A DNA stretch of 43,682 nt from Candidatus Hodarchaeota archaeon (GTDB lineage: Archaea; Asgardarchaeota; Lokiarchaeia; Sigyniarchaeales; SOKP01), in the NCBI GenBank assembly GCA_048887225.1, contig JBHLJY010000021.1:1-43682 (forward strand), in the 5' to 3' direction. The notes under the pieces were generated by a model. That model did no database searches. It saw only the letters and a program-made list of their open reading frames with translations, and was not told where the DNA came from. The translations under genes and the position numbers were made by a program. Positions 37,713 to 43,682 of this stretch are shown here, piece by piece; the first letter of the stretch is position 1; each line of letters starts with the position of its first letter.

Positions 37713-38288
37713 ATGGATGTAGAAGATGTTATTTATAAAAGAAGAACAATACGTAGATTTAAACAAGATCCAATTCCTATTGATACTCTAAAAAAACTTA
37801 TTGATTTTGCTCGTGTTGCTCCTGCTGGAAATAATATTCAATGTGTCGAATATATTATAGTTCATACTCCAGAAATGAGGGAAAAATTATTCCCGTTAGT
37901 ACGATGGGCTAGTTCACTACCTAAAGAAGAAAGAGATCCCGAGATAGACAGGCGCCCTACTGCCTATATTATTGTTCTTATAAATACTAATATAAAGAAA
38001 AGTTATTTTGAATTTGATATAGGAGCTGCAGTTGAAAATATACTCTTAGGAGCAGTAAAATATGGAATAGGAAGTTGCTGGATGGGCAACATTAATACGA
38101 GAAGAATTAGAGCGCTCCTTGAATTACCTGATTATTATGAAATTACACATGTTATAAGTCTGGGCTTTCGCGACGAAAAATCTGTTATTGAACCATATAA
38201 GGATTCTTTTAAATATTGGAAAGACGATGAGGGGGTTATGCATATCCCAAAAAGGAGTTTAGACAATATAATTTTCAAGATTTACTGA
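37713..38288 (+). CDS. Nitroreductase family protein
   Basis: RRTIRRF, APAGNNIQ, DIGAAVENILL, GIGSCWMG. Confidence 0.92.
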   Translation: MDVEDVIYKRRTIRRFKQDPIPIDTLKKLIDFARVAPAGNNIQCVEYIIVHTPEMREKLFPLVRWASSLPKEERDPEIDRRPTAYIIVLINTNIKKSYFEFDIGAAVENILLGAVKYGIGSCWMGNINTRRIRALLELPDYYEITHVISLGFRDEKSVIEPYKDSFKYWKDDEGVMHIPKRSLDNIIFKIY

Positions 38289-38374
38289 AGGATTATTCTT
38301 AGATAATAAATTGAACTTAAATAAATATATAAATAAAAACATCAACAAATAATTATTATTAATAGAACAATGGA

Positions 38375-38959
38375 TTGAATATTCTGAATTTAGTGGAAAA
38401 TCACACAGAGATGTCGCAATGGATTTTTAAGCTAGTCTTATTAGGAGACCACGCTGTAGGAAAAACATCTTTAATTAATCAATATGTGGAACATAAGTTT
38501 GAGGAAGATTACAAACCAACAATAGGAGTATCTATTGTAAAGACAAGCGTAATTCTCGAAAAAATTGAAACAAAAGTTTCCCTTTTACTCTGGGATATAG
38601 CATGGCAGGAAAAATATGAAAAATATCGCAAATATTATTTCGAAGGATGTGTAGGAGCTTTGCTTGTTTATGATATTACAAAACAAGATTCTTTAAAAAA
38701 TATAAAATCAAAGTGGTACAGTGATTTTAATAAATACACCGAAGCAAAAAATAGCGCTTATCTTTTAATTGGTAATAAAAGCGATTTAGAAAGTGAACGA
38801 AATGTTGATAATGACGATGGAAAAGATCTGGCAAATGAAATTAACGCTGCTGATTTCATCGAAACAAGTGCAAAATATGGTGATAATGTTGAAAAAGCGT
38901 TCTTAAGATTAGTTCAAAAAGTTTTAGCCAATTATGATGTAGTTTTTGATATAGAATAA
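38375..38959 (+). CDS. Rab-like small GTPase (Ras superfamily); start probably ATG 38411; G3 variant DIAW
   Basis: G1 GDHAVGKTS, G2 PTIG, G3 WDIAWQE, G4 GNKSD, G5 ETSAK; no C-terminal prenylation Cys. Confidence 0.92.
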   Translation: MNILNLVENHTEMSQWIFKLVLLGDHAVGKTSLINQYVEHKFEEDYKPTIGVSIVKTSVILEKIETKVSLLLWDIAWQEKYEKYRKYYFEGCVGALLVYDITKQDSLKNIKSKWYSDFNKYTEAKNSAYLLIGNKSDLESERNVDNDDGKDLANEINAADFIETSAKYGDNVEKAFLRLVQKVLANYDVVFDIE

Positions 38960-39083
38960 TTATAGATTTTATTTTTTATTAAAAGATTCTTAAGAACTTG
39001 AAAATTGGATTCCTATATTCAGTTTTCGAGTTATTTTAAAAATTGTTTCTTGTTAAAAATACTTTTATTAGAAAATTAATTAA

Positions 39084-39926
39084 TTGTATGTTATGATATT
39101 TGAGCAGTTAATTTATTTAGTGAAAGAACAAGTGGCATGGATCACATTAAATCGACCAAAGGTCTTAAACGCCTTAAATATGCAACTTTCTGACGAAATT
39201 GTGGCTGCTGTTGAAAAAGTCCGACAATCCACAAAATTAAAATTTCTTGTGATTAAAGGCGCTGGCGATAATTTCAGTGTAGGCGATGACATTACTGAAA
39301 TGGGAAGATGGGGCGATGCTAACAGGATTACGCGCCGAGCACGATATTACCAGAATATGGCTAACCAACTTGAAGAATTGGACAAAATTACTATTGCAGC
39401 GGTGGATGGATACGCTGTTGGAGGTGGATTGGAAATTACGATGGCCTGTGATTTTGTAATTGCAACTGAACGGGCAAAATGGGGAATGCCGGAAGTAGAT
39501 GTAGGAATTACACCAGGCTGGGGTGGAACTACAAGATTATCTCGACTTATTGGAAGACGTAGAGCTAAAGAAATCAATTTAATTGGAGCACTCCACAGCG
39601 CAAAACGAGCAGTTGAATGGAATTTATGGAATCGGGTTGTCCCTAATGATCAACTAGATGCTGAAGTGGAGCGGTTGCTCGATGTACTAAAATCTAAAAA
39701 TCAACAAGGGCTACGGCAGCTAAAATTTATTATTAATCGTGGCGTAGAATGTGATTTATATACAGCGCAAGGCTTTGAAGTTCTGTCTGCAGGTTTAACT
39801 GGAGCTGTTAGTGGAATGTGGAAAATTAAAGACGCAGATCAAGGCAAGGGTGTGCTAGGATTTTTAAGTAAAGATAGTCTCTGGCAAATCCGAAGAAAGT
39901 TAGCACGTAATTTTTGGACCGATTAA
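39084..39926 (+). CDS. Enoyl-CoA hydratase/isomerase family protein
   Basis: ITLNRPKVLNAL, FSVGDDI, AVGGGLE, GMPEVDVGITPGWGGT. Confidence 0.93.
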   Translation: MYVMIFEQLIYLVKEQVAWITLNRPKVLNALNMQLSDEIVAAVEKVRQSTKLKFLVIKGAGDNFSVGDDITEMGRWGDANRITRRARYYQNMANQLEELDKITIAAVDGYAVGGGLEITMACDFVIATERAKWGMPEVDVGITPGWGGTTRLSRLIGRRRAKEINLIGALHSAKRAVEWNLWNRVVPNDQLDAEVERLLDVLKSKNQQGLRQLKFIINRGVECDLYTAQGFEVLSAGLTGAVSGMWKIKDADQGKGVLGFLSKDSLWQIRRKLARNFWTD

Positions 39927-39960
39927 AAAGAAAAAAAGAAAAAAAAAATAATTTATTATT

Positions 39961-40569
39961 TTACCAGATCTCGAATTTTTCGTCCAGTTTTGTTCCGTAG
40001 ACAATCAAATATGGAATTACGAGATCCCATACGCTTTGAAGGGCGTTTATTAAAACTACCACAACAAGATAAGCTCCTAAAAACTCAAGAGGATACCCTA
40101 AGGCAATATATACTAATATATTAAAAGGCACCATTACTACTATTCTAATTATTATTCCGATTACTCCGTAGATCGCGTAAGTTTTTGGTTCTTTTAAAGT
40201 TCCGCTACTAATATCTTTTTTAATCAATTTCATTAGCAAATAGCTAGGAAGTATTAAAGCAACCGTCGCGGTAAATTTCATTATTGGACCAATGGGCGCA
40301 AACGGATCGAAAGGCATAAGCATTAGCATACCAACTACAGCTGCAATTAATCCTGCTAAAGGGCCGAATATTAGATAGCATATAACCCATATAATAGATA
40401 CTGGGTCAAAATAGGCAAGACCTTCAGGCGTTCTCGGTAAATACGCTGCAAGAAATGAAAGAGTAAGTGATAATGCTCCAAAAATGGCTCCTCCTGCAAT
40501 TTGTAATGTTAACAGAGATCTTTTTGTCATAAAACTTTCTTTTTCTTCAGTTTCTGACATTTTTGACAA
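39961..40569 (-). CDS. ECF transporter S component
   Basis: About 200 aa with 5-6 TM segments; AIFGALS (AxxxA), YFDPVSI, FGPLAG. Confidence 0.75.
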   Translation of the reverse strand: MSKMSETEEKESFMTKRSLLTLQIAGGAIFGALSLTLSFLAAYLPRTPEGLAYFDPVSIIWVICYLIFGPLAGLIAAVVGMLMLMPFDPFAPIGPIMKFTATVALILPSYLLMKLIKKDISSGTLKEPKTYAIYGVIGIIIRIVVMVPFNILVYIALGYPLEFLGAYLVVVVLINALQSVWDLVIPYLIVYGTKLDEKFEIW

Positions 40570-40711
40570 TCCTCTCCTTTAAAAATTTGAAATCTACTTT
40601 TTTTTGAGTAGATGATTTTAATAACTTAATAAAAAGAATGTTACATATAATATTAAAATAATGAAAAATTTTAACTACTCATTTTTAGGTAGTTTTGCAT
40701 ATAACCTACAC

Positions 40712-41479
40712 TTAGCCTATGATTGTAGATTTTTTATACTCGTGTAATATCGCTTGGACAAATATTTCTCCACTAATTTCTACCAAACTTGCTTGAATAT
40801 TTGTCCATATTAAGCTTCCATCTTTTTTTTTTATTTGTAAATCAACACGATGCACCTCTTCTCCATCTACAAATTGCTTAAAGATATTAAGTAGGGTAGG
40901 TAAATCTTCTGGCCGAATTGCCTCAAGTCTTCCAAGTTTTTTATCGATTAATTCATCTTTATTATATCCAAACATTTCTTTAGTAGTTGGATTACAATCC
41001 ATTACAATTCCTTTTGAATTAATTAAAAGAATTGCAAAAGGAGTATTTTCATAAAGGCCGCGAAATCTTTCTTCAGAATCTTTTAAATTTTGTTCGGCTA
41101 TCTTTCGTTCTGTAATGTTATTTCCAACACCTAAAATAGCATAAATTTTTCCTTTTTTCCACAAAGGGATGCCATAAGTTTCTATATAAACAAAATTTCC
41201 GTCTTTTGTTTTAAGTTTATATTCATCTTTTTTCGATTGTCTTCCAATATCTTCGAATATTTCTTTAACACGATTAAAAGCTACTTTCAACTGGTCGTTA
41301 TCAAGTATATCCTTAAAGGTTATATTCGGAAGTTCTTCTCTTTCATATCCAAGAGTAGTTAACGCAATATCGTTAGCATCGAGAAAATTTCCTTTTAAAT
41401 CGGTGATATAAATAAAATCTAAAGTATAATCGAAAATATCCTTATAACGTTCTCTAATTCCCTCTAAATCGATTTTCAT
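40712..41479 (-). CDS. Tandem PAS-domain protein without an output domain
   Basis: Two PAS S-box units (DLKGNFLDAN...LGYEREEL...NITERK; EERFRGLYEN...MFGYNKDEL...KKDGSLIW). Confidence 0.88.
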   Translation of the reverse strand: MKIDLEGIRERYKDIFDYTLDFIYITDLKGNFLDANDIALTTLGYEREELPNITFKDILDNDQLKVAFNRVKEIFEDIGRQSKKDEYKLKTKDGNFVYIETYGIPLWKKGKIYAILGVGNNITERKIAEQNLKDSEERFRGLYENTPFAILLINSKGIVMDCNPTTKEMFGYNKDELIDKKLGRLEAIRPEDLPTLLNIFKQFVDGEEVHRVDLQIKKKDGSLIWTNIQASLVEISGEIFVQAILHEYKKSTIIG

Positions 41480-41637
41480 TGTTATTCTGATAAAAATTTT
41501 TTAAAATTGTTTTTGATATTTTTTGCAAATACTCTCAACTCAATATGTTTAAATGACATAATATTATATTTATTTTTTTTCTTTTTTAGTAAAATTTTTT
41601 TCTTTTTCATAATTATAAAACATAGAAGTGATTTGAG

Positions 41638-42540
41638 ATGAACGAAATAGTTCAAAATTTTCTTGAAAAACAATTTTCTAAGAATAAACTTAACCGCCTC
41701 CATGAAAATTACGGGGGAGGGAGAATCTTTTCCAAACCGTTGATAGGAGTTTCACGTGGAGATGATCTTATTTTTCAAGAATTCAAAGAGGTGGTTGCCC
41801 CAGAACACCTAACTCCGCTTGAACTTTGGTTGGCAGAAGGAAAAGAAAAAATAAAGTCATCAAACCTACGTGTTCTTTCGATTGTTTTTCCTTTCGTAGA
41901 TAAAATCCGTAAAGAAAGTATAAATACGATAAAATTACCAAAAGTTGTTTTACCTGCTGAAATATATAGTTTAGGTCGAAATTACGCTAATGCTTTTAAA
42001 AAAGAAATTTGTAGCAAAACTATTGAGTTTTTTAAGAAACAAGGTTTTAACGCAGTAGCTGGAATGATTAGTGATGTCTTTACTATCATAACTAAGGGTA
42101 GATTTTATTCTAATTGGTCAGAAAGACATATTGCTTTTGCTTCGGGGCTTGGCACTTTTAGTTTACATGAAGGTTTAATCACGGAGGTTGGGTGTAATAT
42201 TAGATTAGCCTCAGTCATTACTGATGCACCACTAGAAGCTACAATTAGAAAGAATAATGATCCCTATGGGAACTGTTTATATTATTCAAAAGGAACATGT
42301 AGAAAGTGTGAAGAGAGATGTCCAGGTAAAGCAATAACAGAAAGGGGACACGATAAAAATTTATGTTGGGCTTATGGACAAAAAATAGCTAGAAAAATGA
42401 TAATTCGTCTAAAGCCTATCCTAAAACCTCATTATCGCCGTATTAATGGTGTAAAACAAGAGCAAAAACCCCCAGTTGGCTGTGCGTTTTGCCAATTCGA
42501 CGTTCCTTGCATGGATAGGAATCCTATGAATATTGAGTAA
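41638..42540 (+). CDS. Epoxyqueuosine-reductase (QueG)-like Fe-S protein, function uncertain
   Basis: WSERHIAFASGLG, RLASVITD, C..CRKCEERCP, CAFCQFDVPC. Confidence 0.78.
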   Translation: MNEIVQNFLEKQFSKNKLNRLHENYGGGRIFSKPLIGVSRGDDLIFQEFKEVVAPEHLTPLELWLAEGKEKIKSSNLRVLSIVFPFVDKIRKESINTIKLPKVVLPAEIYSLGRNYANAFKKEICSKTIEFFKKQGFNAVAGMISDVFTIITKGRFYSNWSERHIAFASGLGTFSLHEGLITEVGCNIRLASVITDAPLEATIRKNNDPYGNCLYYSKGTCRKCEERCPGKAITERGHDKNLCWAYGQKIARKMIIRLKPILKPHYRRINGVKQEQKPPVGCAFCQFDVPCMDRNPMNIE

Positions 42541-42546
42541 TAAATA

Positions 42547-43682
42547 TCAATCAGTAATATTGAGTAAGTTGCGACCAATATTGGAGTCAAAATGAACTGG
42601 AAAAGTAAGTCCAACGAGTTCTTTTTGCTCCAATTTTCTTAAAAGCTCTGAACTGACGTTAATATTGGCAAGAGTACGGCGATTGTTCTCTAAGTGACCG
42701 ATAACAATTCCTCGCTTCGGATTGCCCGTTCTATCATAATAAATTGTGTAAGCTTCAATGGTTAGCTGGCCATTTGCTTCTTCAATTGGTTCAGGTAATG
42801 ATTTAGCTAATATTGCTTCTTGAATGCTTGTATCATCGCGCTCGAGCCACGATTTAACAGGTGGTTCAGTACCATAGATTCCAAATGACTGTTTTGTATT
42901 ATATCCTCCATTAGCAACAACCATTATTTTTAATGAAGGATTTTTTCGGATAAGATTAACAGTTGTTACAATTGCGTGTGTAGTATAATTACTCCATGGA
43001 CCACCAAAATACGGTAATCCGCCAGTTACGGTCAAATCACGTGGATCATCCTCAGTAAGACCAATTTCATTCTTCACAATCTCTACAATGGAAGGAAAAC
43101 AGCTATATAAATCAAATTTATCAATATCCCTAAGTTTAAGACCTGCTTGATCCAAGGCGAGTCGTGCTCCTTCTTTAGCTGCTGGTGAATCATGAAGAAG
43201 AGGACGTTGGGTAATGCTAAAAATATTTCTAAGATCGGCACTCCCCATCAGATAGACCCAGAATTTCTGGTCAATTTTAAGTTCCTCGGCAATTTCTTCA
43301 TTTGTCATTATTACAGTCCCTGATTGATCTACAAATAAATTAGAACACATACGTTTAGTATATGGATAATTTACTTTACGATTTTCTGGAGATGGACGTG
43401 TTATTTCCTCAGCAGTATAAGAATTTTGGGTCCAAGCATGAGGATTTTTAGATGCAATCTTAGAGAAATGTTCAAAAAGTCTGCCCATATATAATCTATG
43501 TTCTTCAATAGATCTACCTGATGCATTACGTATTGCTGTTTCAAATAAAGAATATGAACAAGAAGGGAATATCATACCATATTTATTTTCAAAATCACTG
43601 GTACCATTCCATAACTTACCCTGCATATATTTAGGGCTTTTATATTTCGGCCAATTTAAAGTGATTTTACCTGCCTTACTCC
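42547..43682 (-). CDS. Thiolase-like protein (acetyl-CoA acetyltransferase-related), 5'-partial
   Basis: YPYTKRM, DLYSCFP, LTVTGGLPYFGGP, ANGG. The frame stays open from 43626 to the window end, so the start lies outside the window. Confidence 0.85.
   Translation of the reverse strand, partial: SKAGKITLNWPKYKSPKYMQGKLWNGTSDFENKYGMIFPSCSYSLFETAIRNASGRSIEEHRLYMGRLFEHFSKIASKNPHAWTQNSYTAEEITRPSPENRKVNYPYTKRMCSNLFVDQSGTVIMTNEEIAEELKIDQKFWVYLMGSADLRNIFSITQRPLLHDSPAAKEGARLALDQAGLKLRDIDKFDLYSCFPSIVEIVKNEIGLTEDDPRDLTVTGGLPYFGGPWSNYTTHAIVTTVNLIRKNPSLKIMVVANGGYNTKQSFGIYGTEPPVKSWLERDDTSIQEAILAKSLPEPIEEANGQLTIEAYTIYYDRTGNPKRGIVIGHLENNRRTLANINVSSELLRKLEQKELVGLTFPVHFDSNIGRNLLNITD

Noticed and set aside
469-42614. 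Many short antisense or nested ORFs in the track (e.g. 469-732, 3355-3609, 8604-8921, 10061-10462, 29596-29973, 30962-31411, 41482-41703)
   Set aside because: They are shadow frames overlapping well-supported genes or low-complexity AT-rich DNA, with no recognisable motifs.
1-43682. rRNA, tRNA (including tRNA-Sec), CRISPR arrays, integrases or transposases
   Set aside because: None recognised by eye. The Sec machinery must be encoded elsewhere if the selenoprotein calls are right.

Overview
This is a very AT-rich archaeal window. The gene content (TFB, a Rab-like small GTPase, bacterial-type grpE-dnaK-dnaJ, many flavin/Fe-S and lipid-catabolic enzymes) points to an Asgard archaeon, probably Lokiarchaeia (inference). 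Most of it is housekeeping or metabolic. The main discovery is at the 5' end, hidden from the ORF track by in-frame TGA codons. An arsenic operon (acr3-arsM) continues into two probable selenoprotein genes. The first is a ~150-aa beta-grasp-like ORF with tandem TGA-TGA (1903-2355). The second is a 70-aa Cys-rich GDCCVxC-type ORF with four in-frame TGA at or next to Cys-equivalent positions (2444-2656). Each is followed within 10 nt by a near-identical eukaryote-like SECIS hairpin (AUGA, 9-bp stem, A-rich loop, GA). Other points of interest are a structured intergenic element (5819-5931), unannotated micro-proteins, a tfb gene at the end of the dnaK operon, and a Rab-like GTPase with a G3 Gly->Trp substitution. 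All calls come from reading the sequence; no searches were run.
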